From contig NMRA01000530.1 of NCBI GenBank assembly GCA_002633005.1, positions 204,374 through 268,373 on the forward strand: a stretch of DNA of 64,000 nucleotides. The letters run 5' to 3'. A program made the translations under genes and the position numbers. Origin of the DNA: Phoronis australis. Its lineage: Eukaryota; Animalia; Phoronida. The notes beneath the pieces are model-generated. The model ran no database searches. It was not told where the DNA came from and saw only the letters and a list, made by a program, of their open reading frames with translations. Positions 49,380 to 63,400 of the stretch are shown piece after piece (position 1 is the stretch's first letter; each line of letters opens with the position of its first letter).

Positions 49380-50350
49380 GTCTCTTAGATCACTGTAAAA
49401 AGGGGCATTCTAAATAAGGGTGAAACTTGAATCTAATGTTAGGATAAACATAATAGTGCCTCATTAATGAATGCGCTGAACATCGATGTTTTGCAACTTG
49501 AACTCTAATGAACCCTATTCATCACTGAAGGTAACTTTAAAAACATAGATTGAAAACTACAAAAAATATCATCCTCAAGACATGTATTTAGTCGTTCTTC
49601 TAGACTAAAACCTGACACCCTGATTGTTCCATACTTCAGTAAATCCGAAACAAATAACACTCTTAACCCAGCAGGTCTTGACGTTGGTTTCAACCACATG
49701 AATTGCCATGTATAACAGTGAAAATCAACTTATTTTCATCTAATTTCAATAACTTAAGCCAATACTTGATTATTCTTGGCAATGTTATTGAAACTAACGA
49801 ATACCTGTCAAATTCACTTCTCATGACAGCACCAACTGATGACTTTAAAATGTCTTTGAAGTATCGTGCATGTACATGTACATCAATTCCTTCATTATAC
49901 CTCAATATTTCAAAACAACTGTGTAGCATTGGTAGGATTTTACAATCAAATAAAAAGTCAACTTCAGACTTACTAGGAATGCGTCACCCATGTTTAAGAA
50001 ATATGTCCGAAAGCCACGGCAACGGCAGTTTTCGAGCCATTCTGCGTAGAATTCTAGTAACCGCTGTATAAAACGATTTGATATGGCAGTTTGCCAGCAG
50101 TTTCGATATACTAAATACCCCACGCGATGTACCTTGTTCAGTATTCGAAACTCGATTTAATAACTGACCAATTGCATGTTACGCATCGAGTGAACTTACA
50201 AACTGGTCCTGGAACCACGCTTCATGCTTGGTAGAGTTTCGTAGAGTAGATCCTGGTACTAAGTGCGCCACAATTGCTTTATTGCAACTTGGCACACATC
50301 GTTCACGATACAGATTGCACGAGGCGTTGGTGGACTTCATGAATTTTGCC
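49380..50350 (-). mobile_element. Degenerate LINE (CR1/L2-group) ORF2 C-terminal fragment
   Basis: ILPMLH.CFEI, AVMRSEFDRYSL...RIIKYWLKLLKLDENKL and the downstream LLKYG segment are typical post-RT motifs. Confidence 0.7.
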
Positions 50351-52059
50351 AGTTACCTTAATATGATTCATAGGTAAAATTCACTTTTTTTAAAAGATGT
50401 GGAGTTTAGAGAACTCGAATTTTGAAAGTCACTTCTGTCGCGTAAGACAACAATTCTGTTTCATCAAATTTGAAGCAGAAAGAATTGTTTCGCCCAGGGA
50501 ACGAGCTCGGGTCACTTACAGCTAAAAAATTGAGATCGACTTGATTTTTAGATTTATTATGCGTGGCACATAGAATGACAAACAGGGTGAAGCTAAATAA
50601 GGACCCATGGTCTCAAGCAATTATAACGATACATGTATGTCAGTTCTTTCCAAGAAATGAAATCAGGGTTTTACAGTTAAAGGCGAGTCTGTAGCCACTA
50701 AACAGCCTGTGTAGACTCTGCGAAGGGACCCAAAGAGTCCTCAGGCAAAGGAGATACCACTGAAGATATGGGAAAATCAAGAGTTTAATTTCACTTTCGT
50801 TTTAAAGTCGGATAACCAGTAGTCAATACAAGTGACAAACGTGTTGGCAAATTACCAACTTAGTGGCGCGAACTAGAATTAATTATTAAAGTAGAGAACA
50901 GAGAGCAATGAATACGAACATTGAGGTGGAAAATGGTTGTCAAAGCAAATAACTGTGTTCGTTACTCTGAAAAAATGTTGAACAAAAGAAAGAAATTACC
51001 TCATAGGAAGCAATTGTTTACTTTGTCTGTTACGGCTGAGCGGCAGGTAAACACTAATTTTTTATAACCATTCTTCTTACGATTGAGCTTGTAAAACCGT
51101 AAAGTCGTGTGAGTGCATTTTTCCGATTATGAAGGTCTTATTTGTTCAGACTGACGCTTTCTGAAGACCAGCTAGCATAAGTAGTCCCCAAACCTGGCAA
51201 CTATTGACAGAATATAAGCTATGCAAGTCAAAGTTCTGAAAGAACTCAGACTTCAACGTTTCTCAACAATAATTTAATATTGAATTTTTATCAGAACACT
51301 TGCAAATTAATTCACAATCGAGTCAAAATGAAAGATGGTCACAAAGAAAAATAGTATTTCTGATTCCACATGTCCAGCATTACAACAATGACATAGTCTC
51401 ACCTTCTTTTGAACACCAAAAATCTTTATTTTAACAATAAGAGTGCGCCTTAGAAAATCTAAATGCATCTATAGTAACCCTTCTCTCAACTCGCAGTGCC
51501 AATAAAGGTCGAATAATAAAAATGCTGTGTAGAGCACGGCAGTAAAAACATGAATAGTGTGATGTTTTCGGAATTAGTTTTATGTAAGTGAATCATTTTA
51601 AGAATCTTTATGTACATGTACGTGTAGAGGAGCGAACCAAAAACCATCTTTGAACTTTCGTGCACTGTCATCAGTTAAAGCCATTAGAGGCGGATCCACC
51701 ATGGGGTCTTTTCGGTATTATGAGTGTGTCCTGCTATTTTGATATTCAACTACCACTTTGATTTGGATGTTTGTAAGTGTCAATGTCACAAAAGAAATTA
51801 AGATGCAAATGATTCCAGTGCCCTTTCAACATACAACGAGAGACCGGCACATCGATTCGATCATGAACAAATCAAAGCAACCGTTTGAAATAATGCCGCG
51901 CGTGCATCAAATGACTCAAGAACATGCTGCCGGTTGATGAAATGTAAAGCAAATAGACTAATGCAAATCATAGGAACATCATATCGGACAGCGAGCAGAC
52001 GACTAATTTTGTTCATTACTCAAAGCTTATCATGAGATTCTGATCCTGCATTTGATTAT

Positions 52060-52370
52060 ATCACAACTGGAAACTGCAAACCCACTTTGACAGAGAGGAT
52101 ATATTTTCATTTAACAAAGATATTTCAGAAGAAGTTAGTGAATCGCTTAAAAGTATGCAAAGCGGTAAAAGTCTAGGTGTAGACCAAATACCACTATTTC
52201 ATAAATTTTTGATAAAGACAAAATGAAAGGTGAGCTGTGTAAATATTTTAAATGTGTACTTTCAAATGGTACTTTTCCTGAAAATTGGTTAACTTTTACT
52301 TTTATTTAAAGTTGTTGATGAATTAAAATGTGAACATTGCAGGGGTATTTTTTCTTTTTCTAACATTAAC
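52060..52370 (+). mobile_element. LINE reverse transcriptase N-terminal fragment
   Basis: EEVSESLKSMQSGKSLGVDQIP...GTFPENW...CEHCRGI (GKsPG.DgI, P.sW, NYRgI motifs). Confidence 0.65.
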
Positions 52371-52399
52371 CAAAGTACAACCATCTAGAGATTATAATA

Positions 52400-53800
52400 T
52401 TCGTATTACATTGTAAAATTCTCTAGAATTTTTGTTTTTAGTCGATCTAAACTGACGTGGGCAATTCTATAGTACGCTTTCTTACTTGTAAAATTCAGTT
52501 AAGGATTTAATACGAGCACAAAGCCAATAAAGATGGAATTAATCTTCAGATTCCTGTTTTAAAAAAGTGCATGTATCCCACTCCTTGACTAAAAGTTTAT
52601 GTGAAATTGAATTACATCTTCTGATTCTATTTGATAATCTAAATTGAAACCATTTAAGTTTTATATCAGAAGTAAAACAAAAAGATGAATTATAGAGTTT
52701 TTCCAAACACTCCTGCATTGGCGAAATGTTTTTGCCATTTAAATTCAGATTTTGTTGTTTATAGTAACCGTTACTTTTGTGAGTATAAGTTTTTTATTTG
52801 AATACTCACTAATTAATTCTGTTGAAGAATTGGGAAAATACTTTAAAGTAACAAACACAGAATTTAGGCCAAAGCAAACAAAATATCTTCATATAGAATG
52901 AAAAAATCCAAACTAAGAGTATATAAAACATTAGTCCAACGATTTGAAAGAGTCATCAAGTATCAAAATCCTATCATCGGCATATTGCGCGAATTTGCAC
53001 ATACGCTTTCCTGCTGTGCTATCCAATTTTAATTTCACTTTTTTGTAAAAATAACATGCCTAAAATTTCCCCACAAAGGGCATATAAACAGGGAGATATT
53101 GGGTCACCTTGACGACGACCTCTTAAAATATCAAAGTTTTCCGAGGTGAACCCATGTTGTAGTACGCAGAGCATAGAACCATTATTCACAAGGCTAACCC
53201 AATGTACAAACTCTTTAGGAAAATTTAAAAAGTATTGCGTTATATAAAAAATCCAAAACATACTGTCAGACGCTTTTTTAAAATCGGCAGACTAACAGTC
53301 CTGTAATGTTTTTTCGTAAATTCCCTTACATCATATACTAGTGGCGTATTTTCTCCAATAAAAACATTTTAAAATTCCGTTTTAGTTTTCATAAAAAGTT
53401 TAATAATTATATTATTATTCAACTGCTTAAATTTTTAAACTTAAATTGAGCAAAGATAGAGCCCTCCAATTTTTAAATACTCTCTTTGTATGCCTGGCTT
53501 AAGGATAATACCTATATCTCCTTGGTGTAACGACTACAGCAATGACTGAATCGTATTGCTAAATTAAGTGCTCGAACGAGAAAATCACTTCAAAAGAACT
53601 TGTAGATTTCGCCTGTAAATCAGTCTAGGCCAGGAAACTTGTTGTTTTTTCATTTCTTAACAGCATTTTGAGCTTCATTGACTGTAATTTTTCCAAATTT
53701 TCATAGTTTGATAGCCTGTCTTTGTTTTTGTAGAGCGACTGAATTTTCAAATTTATGCAGAAAACTAAAACACATCTCAAACAAGTGAACGATTCTGAAA
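52400..53800 (-). mobile_element. Degenerate L1/Tx1-type LINE reverse transcriptase
   Basis: NFPKEFVHWVSLV..CVLQHGFTSENFDILRGRRQGDPISPCLYALCGEIL followed by SQYADD. Confidence 0.8.
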
Positions 53801-53978
53801 AGTAAGACTGTGTCGTCTGACATACGGACATGTACTGGATAAGTTTCCTAACTTATGATCTGTCTGTCACATATACACTGATTCAGTTGTTACATTTCTT
53901 GACCATTAATTTAACATATGAGTTATGACCTAAGCAGTAAAAATTCAAATACATTTCTCTCGATGCCGTTTAGACACG

Positions 53979-53980
<2 letters not shown>

Positions 53981-54029
<49 letters not shown>
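53981..54029. repeat. (CA)n(TA)n compound microsatellite next to an N gap
   Basis: Direct observation; N at 54030. Confidence 0.95.
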
Positions 54030-57000
54030 NCTCATAAATGAATGGCGTGACAAAATTAGCAAAAAAAAATCAATTGAAATGTATACAGTTAGTAAACAAA
54101 ATGATCGCCAGACATTATTGTAAAAACACATGTAAATACATAATGTAATGAAATATAATCCAAAATGTACATGTGACAGTGAAACCTACCTTAAAAAGTT
54201 GGGATCATTTCTTAGTGTCTGTAGTTAAGGATACATTTAATGTTAGACAAACAAAACGAATAACGCTGTATAAGGCTACGTTGACGTTTAATAATGAGCT
54301 GTTTTATCGTGATATATCTGTTTTAAAAACACCCACTTTTGGTACACTTACCCTAAAAACCATTTTATAGTTATTTTATGATACCGATTAGAAATGTAAG
54401 TTGCGATACATATCATAAGCGTAAGGAAGAACTACACGAAGTCCACTGCAAAAACGTTATACAAACTTCAATGCTGGAAAAAGTTTGTTTCAGGGCGGTA
54501 CTGATGCTTTTTTGAAAGTTCCGTAAATCTACCTTTATCACTTGGGGTCTTTGAACCGACAACGTCTTTCAACACAGTAACTACGGCGTCTCCCGGACGT
54601 CTCTCCCGTTTAACCGATACGTGTCTCACGTTTGATCCATACGTCTCCCACGTTCACGAAAACAGCCATTCCCCGCGCTTTTCTGTGTGTGTGTATTTCG
54701 CGGAACAGTACAACGCAAACGCAATCCTCTGATACTAAATAATCTTGGCACTTTCCACTATAGTTGTGATATACTAAAAACACTCAGGCACTTTATTTCT
54801 TTACTCGAAAGTTGACCAATCGCAACACAAGCATCGGGTGAACATACAGGATGCACTCGATAATGTCACGTGATCGGTTGTTTTTTAGTATAAGTTAGAT
54901 GATTGGATCTTGGAACGCTCCTCCGCAGCTTCTCTATGTGGTGACAGTGGCTGAAGCAAGGCACTGTGTATAACGTAAGATCTTTGTGTTACACGCCACA
55001 ACGATTTTTTGGTAATTGACAGAATCTATTCATTATATATATTAACAAATACAATTTGAAAATACCTTAAGTCTATGGGACCATAGAGTTTGTCGACCAC
55101 GGAGCTGTCGACAAAAAGTACGTTTCAGAAGAAGAAAAAGAAAAGTCAGCGGTCAATTTCAGGGCTTTTTACAATTTTCCCACTGCATGTGAAAGTAGGA
55201 TATCAGGGTTCATTAGACATACAGTAAAACAGGTGATGACTGACTGGCATGTTACAGACGAATCACTCGACTAGTTGTTCAAAGTGAAAGATAAACAGAC
55301 GTTTTTTTCTAAAACCCGGAGGCGTAGGGAGAATGAATTGGAAACATGATGTCAAAGAAAACACCGTTGTTGTTTCGGTAAAAGCGAACACTGAATAACA
55401 GAAACAAATGACATCGTGTGAAAATCTTATTCGCTATGGCATGCTATGCGTTGACACACTTTGAGGATCAGCATATACATATACGTAGTCTTAAACTGAC
55501 TGGTCACAAAAGTTGGGAGACCATTTCTTTCATGTTTGTTACGAAAATACATTGTGCCATAATAAGATTTATGTTCAGAAAGCGCACGAAAGCATTATAT
55601 ATGGGAGACCATTGACTAGCAAACCGTACATCTTATTATGCATTATAGGATAAAATATTTCATCAAATTTGTAACATTTATGGCACAAAAGTCAATGTTT
55701 AAAATGGTTTAAGCTTCATTTCGAGTAGGACTTCAGTCCACATTACTGATACAAAATGTACAAAGTGTATCTAAGACAAAATTGTTTTTAAGGAACCCAT
55801 AAAAAGAATGCCTATCTGAATGCAGCTATAGTTTCCTTCCCCCCAGTTAATGATGCCATCAGAGGTAAGGCAACCAGAGGACGGGTGTTTTCGGCATAAT
55901 GAGTTTGTCCTTTTGTTTGACATCCAAATGCTAATGTGAAATAGCTTGTTTTTCATTGCTGATATTGGTAAAATGAAAGAAATTAAGACGCAATTAATTT
56001 CCTAACTCATTAGAGAGTGAGAGTCCTCCAAATCCTATGCAAACACGTAGGAATGGGAATAGGGGACAAGTCCCCCCTCCAGGGAGGGCAGACTACCCAC
56101 TAAACTGGGACATAGGAAACGTGGAGGCCAGGAGAGGCATCCCCCAGTAATTTGCAGGAGCATGCATGTAGGTGAAACTTGCATGGTGTAGGGCGGAGCC
56201 AGGGCCAGCCAAGGAAAAACATTCAAAGCGAAACATGTGCAAAAGAGAACATTTTAGAGAACATAAATCAACTGCTAGTGTGTGTTGGATTTGACAAGAC
56301 AGAATTGTTAGGTGGGGGAGGGGCAATTTTGCATCATGTATCGTGTACCCTTGAAACCATGATCTTATTCATACATACTTCAAATGACTCCGCAAAATCA
56401 TGTTATGCACAAATTTTCTTGAACAAACTGACTGAGATATTTAAATTCAAGAAGACAATTTTAGGGCATGTTAGGCTGCATTTCTTCAATAACTCCTAAT
56501 CTAATGCTCTATTTACGTTTTTGTGCCATTTGATATAAATCTCAGCACTTGGAGGAGGCCCGTTGATGGCATTCACCTTTATTTTAAAAGGAAACAAAAC
56601 CCGGATTTGGCCTATTATCAGATACTGAAAACGACTTTCCCATCCAGTTCTCTGAAATAAAATAATCTGTAACCCTCGGTAACCCTCAAACGTTCGAAGG
56701 GAAATTTGAAAACTCCTTTCAAAGTGTGCTACTCTTTTGGCGAATTACTCGGCAACTGTGGGACAAGACCGCCCACCAAGGACCATAATGTTTAACCTGT
56801 GGCGTAGGGAGTACGAGTATTTAGTTGATTCCTGCCTTTAACTTGGAAGATTTACGTCAATGATGCAATAGCAGGTGACTGGACGAGGAATGGTTGAAAA
56901 CGTCAAAACAGGGTTTATTATCCTTCTAATTTAAAGACCACTTACGAAGGGGGGAATGATGGTATCGGTTGTTTCTTTTCTCTTGTTTTATATTTTTTTT

Positions 57001-57718
57001 GTTCTTTTTAATTTCCTCCAGTTCAGATGAGCAAGGACAAAGATTTGGAATTCCCTTGCCTAACTTTACTATTCTTTTGTATAATTTATCTAAAATAAAA
57101 TAAACATCCAAGCGGTGTCTTAATAAATAAAAAAACATGTAACAAGGAGTATCTAGTATAGTTTGTAATAAACAATTTCTGGAGAAGACAATCCTTTTTG
57201 TTAACATGTCCAATTCTAAAATTATTTGAATAAATGCATTTCTCGGAACAGTGATAGAAATGTAATCCTTTTTGCAATTTGTTAAATTTGGAAGTTTACC
57301 TCTTGGGCGTTGTTTATATAAGTGAAATTTGCAAAGGCATGAAATTAAGTTTTGCACTGGGTAGTTTCAACATCTGTTGCCGGATAGAACTGTTATTACT
57401 AGCCACAGAGATATTGTCTCTATTTCTAAACCAGTTTTACATTGCAATCAAAAAGTCTGAACAACATCAGGCTGACAATATGAATGAAGCGAAGTCCCTG
57501 ATTCCGTTCTAGAGAAAGTGCACAGGGAGGAATTACTAACACCAATTTTTGCGAGATTAAATTACAATTGACAGTTCTATGAGATAACATAAACAGAAAC
57601 CACCGACGCTTCACTTCAAGGCTAAAGTTCACATAGTAGGCATTTCCACCGATCAGAACCCTAGGTGACAAAATATACTTTGGCAATAAAAGTAAGAAAA
57701 AGACTTTTGCAAGGGTCT

Positions 57719-57891
57719 TAATTGTATAATTGTATAATTGTATAATTGTTTTGGTTATCTCAGTAGCACGTTCGTCTGTATTTATTGGCCGTGAGCGTCA
57801 TTGTGAAATTGAGTAATAAATAATAATAATAATAATAATAATAATAAGAAGAAGAAGAAGAAATATAGTTATAGTAATAGTAATAGTAATA
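57719..57891. repeat. Simple repeats (TAATTGTA)n, (TAA)n, (GAA)n and (TAGTAA)n
   Basis: Direct observation. Confidence 0.9.
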
Positions 57892-58927
57892 AAACAGTTA
57901 GTATTCAAAGACTGACCACAATATTTAGCGAAAGCTTTTTTATTTTGCTGGTCATCCAAGGTTCACACCGCTGATGAATAATCACCAGTGGATGTAATAT
58001 TAAGTAAAATAAATGGAAACAGATGACATGTACTCCCAGAAAGCATGAATTTTTGGGCGCAGTGACTTGGACATGTATAACTATTAATTTGAACATGGTA
58101 CCTTTTACCAAAGCAGAATTCAATATTTTTTGAAATAATGAAAGAAGTCTAGTGGAGACCAAGTTGTTATTTTACGGAGACTGTAGGTAAATTGTAGAAA
58201 TTCAGAAGCTAAGGAATTCGTGGAACACGAAGCTGAATAATTGATGTACATACGTCATTACTTCGATTTCCTATTTTTTCTGTGCCTCAGTGTAGACACA
58301 AGACTTTGTACCCGTTTAGGGGCTATTGATTAACCGATATCATTAATACATCTTAAATAAACACCATAGACAATTGCCACGTTACGCTATTGTTGAAAGT
58401 GAAAGAAAAACACTACATTTAACATTTTGGAAAAAAAGCTTTATTCCGGGAAAAGAAACCTGTTCAACGAAAATGAGACCGCTGGGAAAAGAAGTACCTC
58501 AAGGCGACAGTAAACTGTTGACAATGCAAGTACGTTCAATGTCCCGTATTACATGTAAAGTGTGGTCGTACCCATGCGTAAAACGGCTTGTGTAGATCTG
58601 TCAGAATTGTACTTGGCGGAAAGAATAAACCAATGCACCAGAATGAGGATGGCGATGATAACATCTTCGGTGTGCTGTCAAATATTTGACAAATAGCGTA
58701 GGCATGATAATTCTTTTGCAACACTGAATATTTTTACTGAAGTGATAATAATCATATTCATTATTGGACAACCGTGTTTTTAGATTTGTTATTCAGGGGA
58801 AATAATCTGACAAGGTAATTCAATGCAAGAGCGCCACCTTGCATACGGTATTGATTCCCTTGGTGACTATGTTTTCTGTCCCTTTTCCTGTTTACGTGAG
58901 ATTACGTGCACTTCAGACAGGCGCTTA

Positions 58928-60290
58928 TAAGTAAGTAAAGTAAGTAAGTAAGTAATTTTTATTATAGTGACATGTGTTCAAATGAATTTAAACAATGAAT
59001 ACGCTACAAAGACTAGGAACACCCAGCCCTCCACGGGACTTATAAGTCACTTTAGATACATGATACAAAAAAGAAAATACAAGAGTACACGCATTGCAAG
59101 AGGACCAGAAATCGAAGAATGAGATAAAAGTGATCATTAATAAATATAATTTTTCCTTACTTCAAAAATATTTTTGATGAAAACTGAAGTTTTTCTAATA
59201 ACACCTTTTTGCATGATTGTAATTAATTTACTTTCACAGCTTTTTGCACGGAATCGTGGATGTTTAATCTCAACTTGACAGTAAAAGGTGTTTCTGGCAT
59301 CTAAGAAAAACGGACACTCAAACAGAAAATGTAGTTCAGTTTCGACCTGACCAGTGTGACAAAGACAGCGAATTCTGTCATCAAAATCTAAAGAACGAAA
59401 ACGCCCAACCTCAACCAATAGCAGTAGGGCTCCGGTTCCAATTTGAGCAAGAATTGACCTACTAGGCCGAGTTAAGTCTAGAAGCACGTAAGGCTTAACT
59501 TCAAACACATTCGTAAGTTATGAAAACAATCCGGAATCCCTAATTCTTCAAAAATGCTCAAAACTTCAGAAGACCAATTATTAGTACAAGTAGTGTAGTC
59601 CCACGAAAATATTCGGTATGTTAGTCTATCATCCTCGAAATTAATAATGCGATTCCACATCCTCAAAAGCTCAATTTTCCGCCTAATACTGGGGAATTCC
59701 CACCCCATGTCACCCATAACAGCATGATTAGGAGCGAATTTGTGAACGCCCAAGAAAAATCGCGCGGCTTTATTCTGAATGACATCATAATCCTGTAGAC
59801 TAGAGCCGCCCCAGACACCTACGCAATAATCTCTAACAGGCACAACACAAGCAGTGAATAATGTAGTGAACGTTCTGTACCTCATATTTTTATTTTTTTT
59901 AAATTTATTTATTAAAGCGCCCAAAGCTCTTCCGGCAGATTTGGATAGAGTTTTAGCAGATTCAGAAAACGTCAAATGTTTATTTAAAATTATTCCTAAA
60001 TATTTATCTTTGAGTACATATTCTAGGTCTAGTCGACCCAACCGAAATGGATGTAAACTACGAGAGACTTGCTTGGATCTGAAGTGAATAATATTAGTTT
60101 TTTCCTGACTGACAATTAGCCTCCATTTAGAGTACCATTTATCAACTATATTCAATAAACCCTGTAAATTTTCTTCGCTCTCGGCAAGTACCACTATATC
60201 ATCAGCATAAAAAAGATGAAGCATTATCAGCACCGATAGGAATTCCTAAATTTGACTGTTTTAATTCCTTTGCCAAATCATCTCAGTAAA
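58928..60290 (-). mobile_element. 5'-truncated, relatively young LINE (CR1/L2/Crack group) with 3' microsatellite tail
   Basis: LFYADDIVVLAESEENLQ, KYLGII, GDMGW; frameshifted into EVGRF..CLC..ETELHFLFECP (CCHC); (TACT)n tail at 58928-58953. Confidence 0.9.
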
Positions 60291-62589
60291 GAGCCTTCTT
60301 CTCGAAAGCCGCTGCATTTAGAGTGCGTAAATTATTAATGGCTAATCAAGCTTGATACAAAAGTGAAAACCGTTACAGCTGTACACAACAGCTGCACTTA
60401 AGTTCCGATATATTTGATGACGTCAATGTTGTCATAAATTTAGGACTTTCCAGGTATCATAAATACATCGTTCACAAACATTGTTGTAACTCAAAATGCT
60501 TTTGATAATAATTATTTATTGTTTAGATTTAGGCACTATGGAATTAGTAATTTTACACGGATGTCGTTGTCGACATAGCGGTGGTGTTATTTTTATTCAC
60601 CAGGACCAGTTCTGAGGGAATGAGAGCATTGTTATCTGAGGGCAACATAGAGCAACAGAGTTTCGTACGACCTGATATGCCAAGGAATTTGTCCACACCT
60701 GTCTCATTACACGACCACTGATGCTTCTTTTACTTGTTTGTCTCGCTTCTTATTAGATTAGCTTTTTACCTGGTTTGGTGAACTGGCTTCTGGTTTTGTT
60801 GTCTGGGGTTGACGGTTTCTACATCGTCTGTTTGGACAGACCGCGAATAGCGACATCGAGTGGCATGAATGAAACGTGTGATATTCTAGGCCAGCCTGCT
60901 CTGTTACTGTATGACTGAAGTTATCGTGCAAATATCACCTGTCGTGTAAAAACATCCGTGTGGAAGCGATTTCGTGTGCAATAATGTTACCTGGGCAGGA
61001 GAAATTCTGTTACTAATGGCGTCGAGCTAAAAGAGAAATGGAACGCAAAAGCTCGTCAAAAGCATCTTTTAAACAATTCTTGACGGAAGTATCATCTCGC
61101 AACGTCTACTACAGCAAAATTAAAACTCCTCTGTCAGGGAATTTCCAGAAAAAATCACAAAACTCATGATTTTTGAAAAAAGCTCGAAAGAAAAACAATG
61201 TAGTCATCTTAGAGTTTCTAATCATCCTCCCGTTGATGATAAATGCACGCATGCACTCACAGTCATTCGATAAACAGATAAGAGACGCTGGAACGTAAGA
61301 GGGACGCGTGGGACTCGGATACATATACATGGAGCTCGCGTCGTCAATGTGATGGCATTTTGAAAAGTGTGACATGAGATAAAAATGGCACCATTCAGGA
61401 AATCTGGGGGCTCGCAGTGTTATGCCACTGTGACGAATGTATTCTGTTAGAGCTTACGACCCCGAGACTAGCCAGGAGAGTTTCCACTGGGAATTTCCTG
61501 TTGTCTGCTCGACTGAGTCTTGATCGAGTGTTGTAGTTAACAAATCACGCCTAATTTCATTGCTTTATTTTCAATTTGCCATTTTATTCATCAAGTGAGA
61601 CCTGATGTACGGTTCCAAGAACTATCGATTTTTCGGGAAATTCAGTCCACCCACTCGACAATTGCATAGGTTATTCTTAATGCGCATCGACGTTTGGCCC
61701 TGGCTGGATGTCGGTAGTAATCTGGTCTCTGATATCTCATGCATGTAAATATTATTACTGTTTTCAATTGCTTCAATAATGATTCGTTTGTACGATATTT
61801 ACCTGTTGCCCCGATATATTTTTGTTAATTCGACTTCTGAGCAATCAATGTTATTATTTCTGTAGTAATTACCAATAGCCGTGAAATTAAATTTAAAAAT
61901 GAAAAGTTTATCTTATAAAAGAATCACTCCAATACTTTATGTTGCTCACAGCGTACCTGGTACTAGCCAATTGTCCCGCTCTGAGGAAACCATTCTAGTT
62001 TTAATTTTTTTTGCTGCCATTCCGTCGCACCATCAAAATATCTTGTTTTTTGGCAGACGGCCAAATTGAAATATTAATCATATTATATAATGCTAGTGTA
62101 ATTTTCTACGAGACATAGCCCTACATTCTCGTTCGATAAAAAAGAAAAGATATTTCATGGGGTTTTTGAGGCTGCTTTTTGGCATACATGTAGACCCAGA
62201 TTTAAGCTTTTTATCCGGAAATCCCGCTTTTCAATTCACTTGTCCCATTTTTTCATTCTCGAATATTGACGACTATGCAATAGGTGTTTAAAAAACAAAT
62301 TGTCTTTTTGTCATAAATATTGTTATTTTCTGTGTAAACTTTCTTCAATAACAGAACGATTGTAAGAATGTGTTCCAATAACTTTCTTTCCAGGGCTGGA
62401 GTTCTATGAAGTCATGAATCCCGAGGAAATAGGGCAACGCTGTTTTTTTTTTACTTTTTAATAACACTGTGTGTGTCCGTCATCACTGAAATTGAAAGAA
62501 GGCAATATTTCACGAGTTTTCACACATTTGAACTTTTTTCACCAATACGATTTCTTTTAATCAACAAAATGTCAGAGACTGGAACATTG

Positions 62590-63400
62590 GCCATTGACTC
62601 CGAAAGCGTGTGAAGAAATTTGTCCTTAGATTTTTGCATTTGGAAATACGAATAACGCTCTCTGGATTTCTGTTTTTCTTAGAGATATGGCACATCTTCA
62701 ACAAACCCACCCTTCAGTGCACGAAGCTTTCATGGAAGGGAAATTTGTTGTTCAACGGTGTGACAGGAAGTTTTTTTTGACGGCTCGTGACCGGAGCCAA
62801 CAGTGTGGTATCAAGTTCTTGAAGGGGGACAGTGGTGGAAAGGGACTCTATGGCCAACAAGGAGAGAACGAAATGATTGGGCTCTGAAAGCCAGAAGTGT
62901 TGAGATTAACTGATGAGTTAGAGGATGCATGCTTCTGCACATCAAGAAGCAATTAAATTCAGGTCAAACCAGATTCATAGAGTTTGTTAAAACCAGAACT
63001 GAAATTGCTACCAAATCGTTGTCTGACATCATCCCAAGGACGAACGTGTTTATAACTTTCGTCAACAGACCACGCACGGACTTGAAGAAGGGTAATAACA
63101 AGCTGGGATCTACCAAAGCGAATACGGCTTTCATCACCAAGATGTTCATGTCACTCCAAGCACGTCCCTTGCCAAAAAACCTCAGATCACCAAACAACGG
63201 AATGCTAGATTAAAAAAATGGGTGCGATATTGGACAGATCTGGAAGATGTGTCCTCGACTTCTCCATTGTGGCTGTGTTGTTGCCTGCAAAGACAATTGT
63301 AAGTGCCATCAAGCTGGACTCCAGTGTTCCACATTGTTCAAATATGAAGGTACATCATGTACCTGCACCTGCAATGACTCTTAAACTTGAAATTTCATCT
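62590..63400 (+). mobile_element. Degenerate transposase of an unclassified invertebrate DNA transposon with a C-terminal CXC cluster
   Basis: THPSVHEAFMEGKFVVQR..RKF..DRSQ..IKFLKGDSGGKGL and C-terminal LHCGCVVACKDNCKCHQAGLQCSTL, with frameshifts and deletions. Confidence 0.65.

Noticed and set aside
50199-50340. ATG-initiated frame ending at a GTAAGT donor as first exon of the large gene
   Set aside because: Phase 0 does not fit the phase-1 acceptor at 42708, and the sequence appears to belong to the adjacent LINE remnant.
50999-51448. Two small minus-strand segments with good splice signals (~50999-51026, ~51393-51448)
   Set aside because: Phases could not be chained to exon 42708; they may be UTR exons but this is unsupported.
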